From: a virus
Taxonomy: Duplodnaviria; Caudoviricetes
Direction: 5' to 3' (one strand)
Virus record (IMG/VR): IMGVR_UViG_3300020160_003718
Span: 1 to 54,673 of that record
DNA: 54,673 nt
The notes beneath the pieces are model-generated. The model was not told where the DNA came from. It ran no database searches and saw only the letters and a list, made by a program, of their open reading frames with translations. Of this stretch, positions 27,996-37,736 are shown in pieces (the first letter of the stretch is position 1; each line of letters starts with the position of its first letter). A program made the translations under genes and the position numbers.

Positions 27996-28469
27996 TTATT
28001 CTTGTGCCTTTTTCCAGGATTGGGCGTCTGGTCTGTCTGGTGACCCAGCTGGTGCTGGCTTATAATTTTTGCCCATTCTTTTCTTTTTATCTCTTATATT
28101 GTCCCACAAACCTCTTCTTTTTGCTGCCTCAGCCTCTTCCATTTCTTCTGGTGGTTCAGAGCTAAACATAACATAATTATGAATTGTAGAGACGTAATCC
28201 TCAGCTAAAGCTGCCATTTGCTGCAAGAAAGGTTCGGATAAATTTTCTACAACTGACTGATTTGACAAATTATTTAAAATATTTTCGGAGTGTGTTTTTA
28301 TGGCGTTTATTGAGCCAATAACCATTTCTGATAAGTCTTCCTTCAGATCCATCAATTCCATTTCTGGAGTTTCATCTTCTGAAGATTTTACCACATTTTC
28401 TTTTTTATTGAAAGACACTATAAATGTATCAATTCCGTTTTCTTTTGTTTTTGAGAAGTTCTTGTTCAT
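27996..28469 (-). CDS. Hypothetical protein, acidic body with a basic C-terminal module
   Basis: Ends in RRGLWDNIRDKKKR...PDRP...WKKAQ, a short module I recall from many aquatic phage proteins. Confidence 0.7.
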   Translation of the reverse strand: MNKNFSKTKENGIDTFIVSFNKKENVVKSSEDETPEMELMDLKEDLSEMVIGSINAIKTHSENILNNLSNQSVVENLSEPFLQQMAALAEDYVSTIHNYVMFSSEPPEEMEEAEAAKRRGLWDNIRDKKKRMGKNYKPAPAGSPDRPDAQSWKKAQE

Positions 28470-28489
28470 AATTTTATTACGTTTTAATT

Positions 28490-29107
28490 TTACCAGCTTT
28501 TGCAGGCCCAGTAACGCGGGGTTGTTTTGTCTGTAGCTTGGTCACATTTATGACGAGCGCGAAAACTTTTTCTTCTAGCTGGGATGTTTTTCTTGATAGA
28601 CATATTTTTGTCACCAAATCTTACAATAACAACTTTTCCGCTTTGATTTTTTACATATACGGCAGATTTTTTGGGACCATCTGGGGTTCTGAATGGTTTG
28701 TTTAATGTTACTTTTCTGCCTTGGTATTCTGCGGCGCTTACGACTTCAATATTAAAATATTCATCTACGTTGACTTCAGCAAATTCGGACTGATCAATTT
28801 CGATTTCTTCAGCGCTAAGATATTCCTCGACGGTTGGGATGTGTAAATTTTGTAATGTAAGCGCTTCTTCGGCTGCTTCAACCGTCTCGTCACATTCAAA
28901 ACAATCTGACTCAGAAAAAACCAAAAATTCATCATTATTTAATTCCACAGAAGCTGCGGCTTCTTTTTTTGCCTTATCCCACTGGGAGTAACAAACGGCA
29001 ATTCTTTGTTTTTGATCTGGAAAATCCTTGCCGCTTTGAGTATCGCCAATACAGCGCGATACGAATTCGCTCTTTTTCTCTTTGTTTTTTGGTTTTGTAA
29101 GTGGCAT
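28490..29107 (-). CDS. Two-module hypothetical phage protein
   Basis: N-terminal PKNKEKKSEFVSRC...QRIAVCYSQW module, acidic linker, then basic AEYQGRKVTLNKPFR...RRKSFRARHKC...YWACKSW module. Confidence 0.75.
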   Translation of the reverse strand: MPLTKPKNKEKKSEFVSRCIGDTQSGKDFPDQKQRIAVCYSQWDKAKKEAAASVELNNDEFLVFSESDCFECDETVEAAEEALTLQNLHIPTVEEYLSAEEIEIDQSEFAEVNVDEYFNIEVVSAAEYQGRKVTLNKPFRTPDGPKKSAVYVKNQSGKVVIVRFGDKNMSIKKNIPARRKSFRARHKCDQATDKTTPRYWACKSW

Positions 29108-29137
29108 AATTTTTCTTTTTTTATCTATTTCAATATA

Positions 29138-29143
29138 TTACAC
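29138..29143 (-). promoter_or_regulatory. GTGTAA motif on the - strand
   Basis: TTACAC on + in the gap upstream of ORF 28490..29107; orientation follows the gene. Confidence 0.55.
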
Positions 29144-29146
29144 TTT

Positions 29147-29545
29147 TTATTTAAAAACTGATCTTTTAATCAGGAAAAGAGTATAGAATACTATAACTGA
29201 AATTAAAAAACTCGGCATGATAAGCATTATGTTTTTTGTAACCAAAAGTCCAGCTAAAAATGAAAGAAAGCAATTCAGGCATAGAAAACAGGTGACAAGT
29301 CTTGAAGCGAACCCTACTATATTTTTTTTGACACCGCAAACTGCGCCGATAAACATTATGTAGTTTTCAAAGCTGTTTGAATTTTCATACTGGTCAAATT
29401 TCAAAAATGCTGAAACTTTTTTTAGATTGAGGATTCTAAGAAGCATTGAGGCGTATTCATACACAAAATCAGTTTGCTGTATTAAAAACACTATGCACCC
29501 TATTGATATCGATAAAAGCAACTGTGAAATATAAAATTCTTGCAT
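29147..29545 (-). CDS. Small membrane protein (DUF1360-like CxxC)
   Basis: Three to four hydrophobic segments and LVTCFLCLNCF. Confidence 0.55.
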   Translation of the reverse strand: MQEFYISQLLLSISIGCIVFLIQQTDFVYEYASMLLRILNLKKVSAFLKFDQYENSNSFENYIMFIGAVCGVKKNIVGFASRLVTCFLCLNCFLSFLAGLLVTKNIMLIMPSFLISVIVFYTLFLIKRSVFK

Positions 29546-29596
29546 ATGTATTGTATAATATTATACTGCCAATTTTCTATTTATTAAAAAAATATC

Positions 29597-29625
29597 TTGA
29601 CTCTGGCCCCAAAATCAAGTAGAAT
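29597..29625 (+). promoter_or_regulatory. Sigma70-type promoter
   Basis: TTGACT, 17 nt, TAGAAT. Confidence 0.65.
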
Positions 29626-29839
29626 AACGTCATTCCCCGTGCCTAACGGCTACCATTTAAAATTATTTTTTAAAAAGTAAACTAGCAAGCGCAGCGCAGC
29701 TCGGATTTTTAGTATGCGAAGTTTTCTCACTGGCTAGAACAAAAATACGAACGCTAGTTTCCCTCATGTGCCAATTGGAAACGCAAGAAACAAGTATACG
29801 CCCAAGTATGGCCCTTAATAAAATAATGTCAGTATTGAA

Positions 29840-29868
29840 TTGACAAAATCTTAAAAAGATGATTTAAT
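29840..29868 (+). promoter_or_regulatory. Sigma70-type promoter for ORF 29883
   Basis: TTGACA, 17 nt, TTTAAT. Confidence 0.55.
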
Positions 29869-29882
29869 CTGTTTTACGCTGT

Positions 29883-30491
29883 ATGATAAATTTAAAAACT
29901 AAAAAAACAGTTATAGGAATTTCAGGATATGCAAGATCAGGCAAGGACACTCTTGCGAATATATTGCGTTCTTCATTTCTTGAAAATGAGATAAACGCGA
30001 AAATTTTTTCCTTCGCCTTCGCCTTGAAAAATGATATCGATGATTTTTGCCTGTCGAAAATAGGGGTCTCAGCGTTTACCGAGGACACGAGTCTAAAGTC
30101 GAAAATTAGACCGATGTTAATTTCTTATGGACAAGTTCAAAGAAGTGCGTCAAATGGAACCTATTGGTTTAATAAACTGAAGCCGGAAATTGATCAATTT
30201 TTACAAAACGGAGGGGATGTAGCAATAATTTCTGACCTAAGATTTAAAGAATACGAGTTCGACGAAACTGATTTCATAAAATCTTATGAAAATAATGCTA
30301 TTGTGACAATTTCTAGAATTATGGAAAACGGCATCTTGAACACGGCGGCGCACGAATCGGAACTGGAAAACTTGCCAAGAATTTCTAAAATTGCAGACTT
30401 TGAACTCACCTGGACGACCAACAACAATAAAAATGAATTGAATTTGCAAAGCCAAAAGTGTTTGGACTTTTTATATTCTAAATTTAGATAA
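29883..30491 (+). CDS. Deoxynucleoside monophosphate kinase-like P-loop protein
   Basis: IGISGYARSGKDT, SFAFALK, IISDLRF..E and HESE motifs. Confidence 0.8.
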   Translation: MINLKTKKTVIGISGYARSGKDTLANILRSSFLENEINAKIFSFAFALKNDIDDFCLSKIGVSAFTEDTSLKSKIRPMLISYGQVQRSASNGTYWFNKLKPEIDQFLQNGGDVAIISDLRFKEYEFDETDFIKSYENNAIVTISRIMENGILNTAAHESELENLPRISKIADFELTWTTNNNKNELNLQSQKCLDFLYSKFR

Positions 30492-30494
30492 AAT

Positions 30495-31115
30495 ATGCAA
30501 GACCTAAATCAACTTGAAGAGATAAATATTATCAACTTGGCAAAAAACGGGGATAATGAATCAATCAAAACACTGATTGAAAAACATAGCGGCATATGCG
30601 TTGACGTTTATAAAAAATATATAAATATGCCCAATGTTTCAGGATTCATATCTGACGACATTATTTCCAGCAAAGATTATATCATTTACAATTCTGCAAA
30701 AACTTACGACCCTAGTCGCGGCAGTAAGTTTTCTACCTGGCTGGCAAATCAAACCAGATACTTTTGTTTGAACTGCATAAATAAAACCGGAAAGCTTATA
30801 CCGGTTGAAACCGAGGCGCTGAATTCCATGATTGAAACAAAAAATCAAGAATCGAAAAACGAAGAAAAAAGAATCGAAAAATCAAACGAAGTCCTTGAAA
30901 TTGTAAAGGAGACATTGAATTCACTATCAGACAAAAAAATCAAACAATGCATAGAAACAAAATACTTCTCCGAAGACGGAAATCACAAAAGCTACACTGA
31001 TATTGCTGAAAAAATGAACGTAACAGTTCAAACAGTCATAAATTGGCATAATAAATTTATTAAAATAATAAAGCAAAAATGCAGAAATAGAAAAATAATA
31101 TTTGACTTGAATTAA
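30495..31115 (+). CDS. Phage sigma70-family sigma factor
   Basis: AKNGD..SIK.LIEKH, YDPSRGSKFSTW (region 2) and SYTDIAEKMNVTVQTV (region 4 HTH). Confidence 0.85.
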   Translation: MQDLNQLEEINIINLAKNGDNESIKTLIEKHSGICVDVYKKYINMPNVSGFISDDIISSKDYIIYNSAKTYDPSRGSKFSTWLANQTRYFCLNCINKTGKLIPVETEALNSMIETKNQESKNEEKRIEKSNEVLEIVKETLNSLSDKKIKQCIETKYFSEDGNHKSYTDIAEKMNVTVQTVINWHNKFIKIIKQKCRNRKIIFDLN

Positions 31116-31134
31116 AAAAACATTATATTAAAAT
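31102..31134 (+). promoter_or_regulatory. Possible sigma70-type promoter(s)
   Basis: TTGACT-16-TATATT overlapping TTGAAT-16-TAAAAT. Confidence 0.4.
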
Positions 31135-31150
31135 TCTAACAAACACAAAA

Positions 31151-31462
31151 ATGAACACAGATACACAAACGAGCAACACGCAATCAGTAAAAAATTCACG
31201 AGATTCCGAAAGGGGGGCGCTTTGGATTAAAAAGTCAAAGGCTGGCGCTAATTTCCTTTCAGGTTATGTTCTCGACGAGAATAAGAATAAAATTAACGTA
31301 GTGGTCTTTAAAAACAACTACAAGAAGCCGGGCGAAAGTTCCCCAGATTATCGGATTTACTTGTCTGAATCTCCAGCTTCAACAGCGCAGCCATCGGAAA
31401 AAAATACGAAAAACACCGAGGTAGATACTCAGGAATCGGAATCTGACGATATTCCATTTTAA
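31151..31462 (+). CDS. Putative ssDNA-binding protein (DUF736-like)
   Basis: GALWIKKSKAG..FLSG, PDYRIY and an acidic tail ending DDIPF. Confidence 0.65.
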   Translation: MNTDTQTSNTQSVKNSRDSERGALWIKKSKAGANFLSGYVLDENKNKINVVVFKNNYKKPGESSPDYRIYLSESPASTAQPSEKNTKNTEVDTQESESDDIPF

Positions 31463-31465
31463 TAT

Positions 31466-32560
31466 ATGCAAGAAATCAGTCTAGAAATTCCGGTAAATAA
31501 TTTATCTTTCGGTAATTGCTCCGTTAATATTCTAAAGGAGCTTTTCAAAAAAGAAATAAATCCAACTATCTTCCTCATCGGGGATAGGGCAGATCTTTCT
31601 TCTTTTGAGGGAAACCTGCAGCCGGAATTTTTAGATTGGTTTAAAAACTGCTTTTCCCAATCTTACAAAAAGCACAAAAGGGACAATCCCACACTTAAGT
31701 TGTGGCACTTAAACGGTTCTTTAAATTCATATTCTAAAGATCAGTATCTTTTTACATTTTATGAGTTGGACAACCCGACCGAAACAGAGCTAAATATTGC
31801 TAATAATCAAAAAAAAGTAATACTTTCATCTAAGTACGCGAAGAGTGTTTTTGAGCAATTTGGATGTAAAAATGTAGAGCATTGCCCGCTTGGTTTTGAT
31901 TCCTCAAGTTTTTTTAAAAAAGAAAGAACCGGAGAGCACGATAAAATTATTTTTGGATTAGCTGGCAAATTAGAAAGAAGAAAACAGCATCATAGGGTTC
32001 TTTCAGCTTGGGCAAAGAAATATGGCAACAATCCAAAGTATCTTCTCAATTGTGCTATTAAAAACGCATTCTTAACACCGGAACAACAAGCCTCCGCCAT
32101 AAATGGCGTGCTGGAGGGCAAAAGTTATTTTAATATTAATTTCTTGGACTTCATGCCAACAAACGCCCTATATAATGATTACTTAAATAGTAATGATATA
32201 ATTATAGGTATGTCCGCTGGAGAAGGCTGGGGGCTTCCAGAGTTTCAGAGTTTGTGCCTTGGAAAGCATGGCGTGATATTAAACGCCCACTCTTACAAGG
32301 ATTGGGCTAATGAAGAGAATTCTGTTTTAGTAAACCCATCCGCGAAAATTCCATGTTATGACGGAGTATTCTTCAAGGAAGGCGCAGATTTCAATCAGGG
32401 TAGTTATTTTGACTGGAATGACGATGAATTTATTTCCGCTTGCGAAGAGGCTGAAAAAAGATTTGAAAAAAATAAAAACAACGAAGCTGGGGTAAACTTG
32501 TCTAAAATTTTCACATGGGAAAAAACTACAGATAAATTATTAGAGATTTTATCTAATTAA
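31466..32560 (+). CDS. GT-B (GT4-like) glycosyltransferase
   Basis: GKLERRK, EGWGLPEFQ and FTWEKT motifs. Confidence 0.85.
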   Translation: MQEISLEIPVNNLSFGNCSVNILKELFKKEINPTIFLIGDRADLSSFEGNLQPEFLDWFKNCFSQSYKKHKRDNPTLKLWHLNGSLNSYSKDQYLFTFYELDNPTETELNIANNQKKVILSSKYAKSVFEQFGCKNVEHCPLGFDSSSFFKKERTGEHDKIIFGLAGKLERRKQHHRVLSAWAKKYGNNPKYLLNCAIKNAFLTPEQQASAINGVLEGKSYFNINFLDFMPTNALYNDYLNSNDIIIGMSAGEGWGLPEFQSLCLGKHGVILNAHSYKDWANEENSVLVNPSAKIPCYDGVFFKEGADFNQGSYFDWNDDEFISACEEAEKRFEKNKNNEAGVNLSKIFTWEKTTDKLLEILSN

Positions 32561-32561
32561 A

Positions 32562-32960
32562 ATGCCAATATACACCTTTGAAAATCCAAATACCGGAAAG
32601 ACAATCGATATTGTTCAATCAATGAATGACGACCATGTCTACATTGATGAAGATGGTATAAAATATACAAGGGTTTACTATTCCCCTAACACAGCCATTG
32701 ATTCGCAATTTGACGCCTTTTCGTCAAGGGATTTTGCAGAAAAAACAAGAAATAAAAAGGGCACAATAGGCGATCTAATAAACAAGAGTAAGGAATTGAG
32801 CGAAAAAAGGGGCGGCGCTGGAAATGATCCAGTACTGAAAAGCTTTTACTCATCCTATGAAAAAGAGAATAAAGTCAAACATTCTGCCGAAATTAAAACA
32901 GAAAAACTAGAAAAAGCCAATAATAAATTAAAAAAATACGGCATATCCCTTTCTAGCTGA
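32562..32960 (+). CDS. FmdB-like ribbon protein lacking cysteines
   Basis: MPIYTF..P.TG...DIVQSM matches the FmdB MP.Y.Y.C..CG pattern without the Cys residues. Confidence 0.55.
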   Translation: MPIYTFENPNTGKTIDIVQSMNDDHVYIDEDGIKYTRVYYSPNTAIDSQFDAFSSRDFAEKTRNKKGTIGDLINKSKELSEKRGGAGNDPVLKSFYSSYEKENKVKHSAEIKTEKLEKANNKLKKYGISLSS

Positions 32961-33019
32961 TCTTGCGTACACTTATTTTTTTGTTTAAATCTTATTTGGT
33001 AAAGTATAATATTTTTTCT

Positions 33020-33048
33020 TTGACGCATTAGAAAAATTGTTGTAAATT
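33020..33048 (+). promoter_or_regulatory. Sigma70-type promoter for nrdB
   Basis: TTGACG, 17 nt, TAAATT. Confidence 0.5.
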
Positions 33049-33070
33049 TATATTCAACAATAACACTATT

Positions 33071-34042
33071 ATGCTTTTTGAAGAACAAATCCCGCTCAAG
33101 CCAAATCATTACCCATGGACGAAGAATTTTATTCTTGCCATGCATAATGGCTTCTGGACTGATGCGGAATTCAATTTTCAATCGGATCTCCAAGATTTTA
33201 AAGTAAAATTGTCTGAAAAAGAAAAAGAAATCATAGTCAGGTCTCTCTCCACTATTGGACAGCTTGAGATTTCTGTTAAGAAGTTCTGGGCAAAACTTGG
33301 CGACAACCTTCCGCACCCATCCTTAAATGACCTTGGATACGTCATGGCAAACATTGAAGTTATTCACGGAGAAGCGTATTCTCGTCTTTTAGAAGTACTT
33401 GGCATTGAAGACTCTTTTGATAAAATTTTAGAGGAGCCGATTATAAAAGGAAGGGTTAATTATTTGCGCAAACATCTTCGCAAATTTCACGAAGACAATA
33501 AAAAACAATTTGTCTATTCGTTGATTCTTTTTACCTTGTTTGTTGAAAATATAGCTTTATTTTCACAATTTTATATAATTAATTGGTTTGGAAGATTTCA
33601 AAATTCATTAAAAGATACCAATAAGCAAGTCGAATACACCTCAAGAGAAGAGGATCTTCATGCTAAAATAGGCATTAAAATTATCAATACAATTAGATCC
33701 GAGTATCCAGATCTTTTCGACGAACATCTCGAAGAAAAAATCCGCTCAGAAGCAGAAGAGGCAATTGAGCATGAATGCAAAATAATTGAATGGATCGTAA
33801 ATGGTTACGATCATGAAAACCTCAACTCGCCACTTCTTAAAGAATTTATTAAAAATAGAATGAATGAGGCGCTTTTAGAGATTGGATTTGCAAAATTATT
33901 CAATATAGATAATGAAGCTATTTTGAAAACAAAATGGTTTGACGAACAGCTTTTAGGAAATGGAAAAACTGATTTTTTCAATTCTCGGCCGACAGAGTAT
34001 TCAAAAAATTCACAATCCTTCTCCGAGGACGAACTTTTTTAA
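33071..34042 (+). CDS. nrdB: Ribonucleotide reductase class I beta subunit
   Basis: EVIH..AY, VENIALFSQF, REEDLH and DFF..RPTEY motifs. Confidence 0.95.
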   Translation: MLFEEQIPLKPNHYPWTKNFILAMHNGFWTDAEFNFQSDLQDFKVKLSEKEKEIIVRSLSTIGQLEISVKKFWAKLGDNLPHPSLNDLGYVMANIEVIHGEAYSRLLEVLGIEDSFDKILEEPIIKGRVNYLRKHLRKFHEDNKKQFVYSLILFTLFVENIALFSQFYIINWFGRFQNSLKDTNKQVEYTSREEDLHAKIGIKIINTIRSEYPDLFDEHLEEKIRSEAEEAIEHECKIIEWIVNGYDHENLNSPLLKEFIKNRMNEALLEIGFAKLFNIDNEAILKTKWFDEQLLGNGKTDFFNSRPTEYSKNSQSFSEDELF

Positions 34043-34113
34043 AGTTTGTTAATTTTATTTATTTGATAATAGTTAAAATATCTATTATTGTATAATCACA
34101 TTTAATTATAAAC

Positions 34114-35769
34114 ATGAATATAGAAGAAAAGTATTATTGGCTAAATGAAGATTCTATTCAATTTCTAAAAGCTGGATATTTAGAAGATGGAACTTCGCCA
34201 GAGCAAAGAGTAAGACAAATTTCCGATAATGCGGAAAAAATTTTAGGAATCGAAGGGTTTTCGTCTAAATTTGAAAACTATATGTCAATGGGATTCTACT
34301 CGTTGGCAACTCCGGTTTGGACGAACTTTGGAAACAAGAGAGGTTTGCCAGTAAGCTGCTTTGGGTCTATTCTATCTGACAAAATGGAGTCCATTCTGGA
34401 AAAGGCTTCAGAAGTTGGAATGATGTCAAAGCTGGGGGGCGGAACATCTGGTTTTTTTGGAGATCTTAGACCAAGAGGCGCAAAAATAAGCGTTGGTGGA
34501 GAATCAAGCGGCCCAGTCCACTTCATGGAGCTTTTTAGCACTATCTCAGACGTTGTTTCGCAAGGATCTGCGCGAAGAGGGTCTTTTGCCGCTTACCTTC
34601 CAGTAGAGCATCCAGACATTGAAGAATTTTTACAAATTCGCTCTGTAGGACATCCAATTCAAAACATGAGCATTGGCGTGACCATTACTGATAAATGGAT
34701 GAGCGAGATGGTAGATGGAGACAAAGGCAAGAGAAAAATATGGGCTAACATTATCAAAAAAAGGTTTGAAACTGGATATCCATATATACAATTTACTGAT
34801 ACTGTGAACAATAATGCTCCACAGGTTTATAAAGATAAAAATTTAAAAATTAATCATAGCAACCTCTGCTCTGAAATCGAACTCTCCAATTCTGAAAATG
34901 AATCTTTTGTTTGCGTTCTGTCTTCTCTTAATTTGCTTCATTGGGACAAAATTAAAGAAACTGACGCGATCGAAACTTTAATTTATTTTCTAGACGCTGT
35001 TAATGAAGAATTTGTAGTAAAATCAGATTCAATAAAATTTATGGAAGCTCCTCGTAATTTTGCCAAAAATCAAAGGGCACTTGGTATGGGGGTGCTGGGA
35101 TGGCATTCATTACTTCAAGATAAAATGGTAGCATTTGAATCGATGGAGGCGAAAATGCTAAACAATCAAATCTGGAAAACTATCAAAGAAAAATCTGACA
35201 AAGCAACTGAAGAACTTGCGGTAAAATTTGGCGAACCAGAATTATTGAAGGGATATGGTCGCAGAAATGTTACCACATTAGCCGTGGCTCCCACAACTTC
35301 TTCAAGCTTTATCCTTGGTCAGGTATCGCCATCTATTGAGCCTCTTAATAGCAATTATTTTGTCAATAAGCTTGCAAAAGGGAACTTTACATACAGAAAC
35401 CCCTATCTTGAAAGGCTACTTGAAACAAAAGATCAAAATAATGAAGAGGCATGGAAATCGATTTTGGTAAAAGGTGGCAGTGTTCAGCATTTGAGTTTTC
35501 TTTCTCAAGAAGAAAAAGATGTATTTAAAACATTTGGCGAAATTTCGCAAAAAGAAATCGTTATTCAAGCCTCTCAAAGACAAAAATATATTGACCAAAG
35601 CCAATCATTGAATATAATGATTCCACCATCAACCCCCGCCAAAGACGTTAGCACATTGCTAATTGATGGTTGGAAAATGGGAATTAAAACATTTTATTAT
35701 CAAAGATCGGCATCCCCAAGTCAAGAACTTTCAAGAAATATACTTGTCTGTAAAAACTGTGAATCATAA
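34114..35769 (+). CDS. nrdA: Ribonucleotide reductase class I alpha subunit (short, no ATP cone evident)
   Basis: PVSCF, GGGTS, SNLCSEI, APTTSSS, KTFYY and C-terminal CKNCES. Confidence 0.95.
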   Translation: MNIEEKYYWLNEDSIQFLKAGYLEDGTSPEQRVRQISDNAEKILGIEGFSSKFENYMSMGFYSLATPVWTNFGNKRGLPVSCFGSILSDKMESILEKASEVGMMSKLGGGTSGFFGDLRPRGAKISVGGESSGPVHFMELFSTISDVVSQGSARRGSFAAYLPVEHPDIEEFLQIRSVGHPIQNMSIGVTITDKWMSEMVDGDKGKRKIWANIIKKRFETGYPYIQFTDTVNNNAPQVYKDKNLKINHSNLCSEIELSNSENESFVCVLSSLNLLHWDKIKETDAIETLIYFLDAVNEEFVVKSDSIKFMEAPRNFAKNQRALGMGVLGWHSLLQDKMVAFESMEAKMLNNQIWKTIKEKSDKATEELAVKFGEPELLKGYGRRNVTTLAVAPTTSSSFILGQVSPSIEPLNSNYFVNKLAKGNFTYRNPYLERLLETKDQNNEEAWKSILVKGGSVQHLSFLSQEEKDVFKTFGEISQKEIVIQASQRQKYIDQSQSLNIMIPPSTPAKDVSTLLIDGWKMGIKTFYYQRSASPSQELSRNILVCKNCES

Positions 35770-35785
35770 TTTAAATTAATTAAAA

Positions 35786-36211
35786 ATGAATATAAATATC
35801 AAATTACTTAATGCGAATTCAAAAATTCCATCTAAAACATCAGCAGATGATGCAGGATATGACCTTTATTCTTCTGAAGAAGTAATCATAAAACCAATGG
35901 AGAGAAAATTGGTTAAAACTGGTGTTGCAATGAGTATTCCATCGGGATATTATGGTCATATTTCAGACCGAAGCGGAATGGCTTTTAAAAAAGGCGCGCA
36001 CTGTCTTGGTAAGATCGTTGATTCTTCTTATAGGGGTGATATAGGAGTTATTATTTTAAATACAGACATGTATGAATCAATTAAAATTTATAGCGGAGAT
36101 AGGATCGCGCAAATGATATTTAAAAAATATGAAAATGTAAACTTCATCAACGATGGAGAGCTTGACGAAACAAATAGAGGTTCAGCTGGCTATGGAAGTT
36201 CTGGCGATTAA
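35786..36211 (+). CDS. dut: dUTPase (trimeric)
   Basis: AGYDL, RSG, VDSSYRG, RIAQ and RGSAGYGSSG motifs. Confidence 0.95.
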   Translation: MNINIKLLNANSKIPSKTSADDAGYDLYSSEEVIIKPMERKLVKTGVAMSIPSGYYGHISDRSGMAFKKGAHCLGKIVDSSYRGDIGVIILNTDMYESIKIYSGDRIAQMIFKKYENVNFINDGELDETNRGSAGYGSSGD

Positions 36212-36234
36212 CTTTAATCAAGTAAATAAATTAC

Positions 36235-36672
36235 ATGAATTTTGACGAAGAAAATTTTGATTTTACTCCGAATGATCTCTCAATAGAAAATTTAAAAAAA
36301 AGCCTCATCCAGAATAATGAATTGCTGCTTGAAAATTTAAAAGGCAGATTTACTCAAGAGCTATTAGCGAGCATGGTATTTTTTGTCTTTAACGAAATAT
36401 GCAAAAATAAAGACGAATATTTAAATAGAGGAGACGCTCAAGAAGAGAAAAAAACAACGGCACAAATATTTTTTTCAACTTGGCACAAGCATACAAAAAA
36501 GCAATCTAAAAAAGAGCTATTGGACATAAATGAGCAATTGAAAGACGAAAAAATGTATTTTTTAAGTGCCATTTCAAATTTTTCACTACCAAGTACTGAA
36601 GACTATCAACGCATTTACGACACTGCTTTAAATGAGATTCAAAGAATCTTTGAAAAAAATACATCATTTTAA
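36235..36672 (+). CDS. Hypothetical protein
   Basis: 145-aa helical ORF. Confidence 0.65.
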   Translation: MNFDEENFDFTPNDLSIENLKKSLIQNNELLLENLKGRFTQELLASMVFFVFNEICKNKDEYLNRGDAQEEKKTTAQIFFSTWHKHTKKQSKKELLDINEQLKDEKMYFLSAISNFSLPSTEDYQRIYDTALNEIQRIFEKNTSF

Positions 36673-36725
36673 GTGAATCGCCTTAATAATTTTTGATTTA
36701 TATCTTATACATAATATAATCTTCT

Positions 36726-36968
36726 ATGTTAAAGGTAAAAGTTTCCAGTTTTTCTATAGATGAAAGCGCTATCGGCGCCTCTGCAGAGCTTGAATTAAAA
36801 TCTTTTATTGTAAAAAATAGCAAAGACGACCAAACTTTTTCAGAGAATTCCATAAAAAATGACTATATAGTCATCATGTCCGAGTCAGAATATAAAGAGA
36901 AACTGTTTGCAAAATCTGGAAGAAAATCCAACCCGCTTATGATTAATTTTGAGGAATATAGCGACTAA
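36726..36968 (+). CDS. Hypothetical protein
   Basis: 80-aa ORF preceded by TATAAT. Confidence 0.55.
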   Translation: MLKVKVSSFSIDESAIGASAELELKSFIVKNSKDDQTFSENSIKNDYIVIMSESEYKEKLFAKSGRKSNPLMINFEEYSD

Positions 36969-36988
36969 ATCAAGCAGAAGTTCCTCAT

Positions 36989-37735
36989 ATGAATTCGGTT
37001 ATTTTAACATCTTACTTTTCAGTTAAAAAACATCCAAATGATCCAAATGACAAATGCGTTATTGGTCGTGGTTCTGACGGTAGAGTTTTACAAAATGATT
37101 TTCAATATATAAAGCCGTGGTATAATTCCGTAAATAAATTAAACTTAGAGGGAAGAATTTTTTACGATAATTTATCAGACGACTTCTTAAATGAATACAC
37201 TACGGATAAAATAAAATTTATAAAAGTTACCCCATCAGATTACTCCAATAATGATTGGAGATTTTTTTGTTACAGGAACTTTTTAGAGGAAAATAAATTT
37301 AATTCTGTATTTTTAACCGATGGGTCTGATGTAACTGTAGTTAAAGATCCAGGCAGAATCATAAAGGATAATCCGCTGATAGACTTGTTTGTCTGCAAGG
37401 ACAGCATCATGCTTAATGAATTTCCATATTTACAAATTCACAAACAGGCAAGATGGGATAATTATACTTGGTTCCACAATCATCAACAAATGCTTAATTT
37501 AATTAATATGGGAGTTATTGGCGGCGGTTATGATAATATCATGTTATTTTTAAATAATTTCTGCGAAACAAGAATTAAACTTGGTCATCCAGATTTTAAT
37601 TCCGATATGTGGACTGGTCAATATGTTTTCAGAAATCTTCTGTCATATAAAAATATGTTAATTGGAGAACCGTTCACTAGTAATTTTAAAAAATACGAAA
37701 TCGACAGGGGAGACGTTTATTTTATTCATAAATAA
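36989..37735 (+). CDS. Putative GT-A glycosyltransferase
   Basis: RFFCY..FL, VFLTDGSDV, INMGVIGG and NSDM motifs; lies in the glycan cluster. Confidence 0.6.
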   Translation: MNSVILTSYFSVKKHPNDPNDKCVIGRGSDGRVLQNDFQYIKPWYNSVNKLNLEGRIFYDNLSDDFLNEYTTDKIKFIKVTPSDYSNNDWRFFCYRNFLEENKFNSVFLTDGSDVTVVKDPGRIIKDNPLIDLFVCKDSIMLNEFPYLQIHKQARWDNYTWFHNHQQMLNLINMGVIGGGYDNIMLFLNNFCETRIKLGHPDFNSDMWTGQYVFRNLLSYKNMLIGEPFTSNFKKYEIDRGDVYFIHK

Positions 37736-37736
37736 T

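Noticed and set aside
29630-29830. tRNA gene
   Set aside because: No cloverleaf or T-loop GTTCRA consensus found; no tRNA or rRNA was recognised anywhere in the window.
26700-31000. Strand-composition switch (T/G-rich to A/C-rich) marking an origin or terminus
   Set aside because: Only an impression by eye and confounded by amino-acid composition; it needs a cumulative third-position skew calculation.
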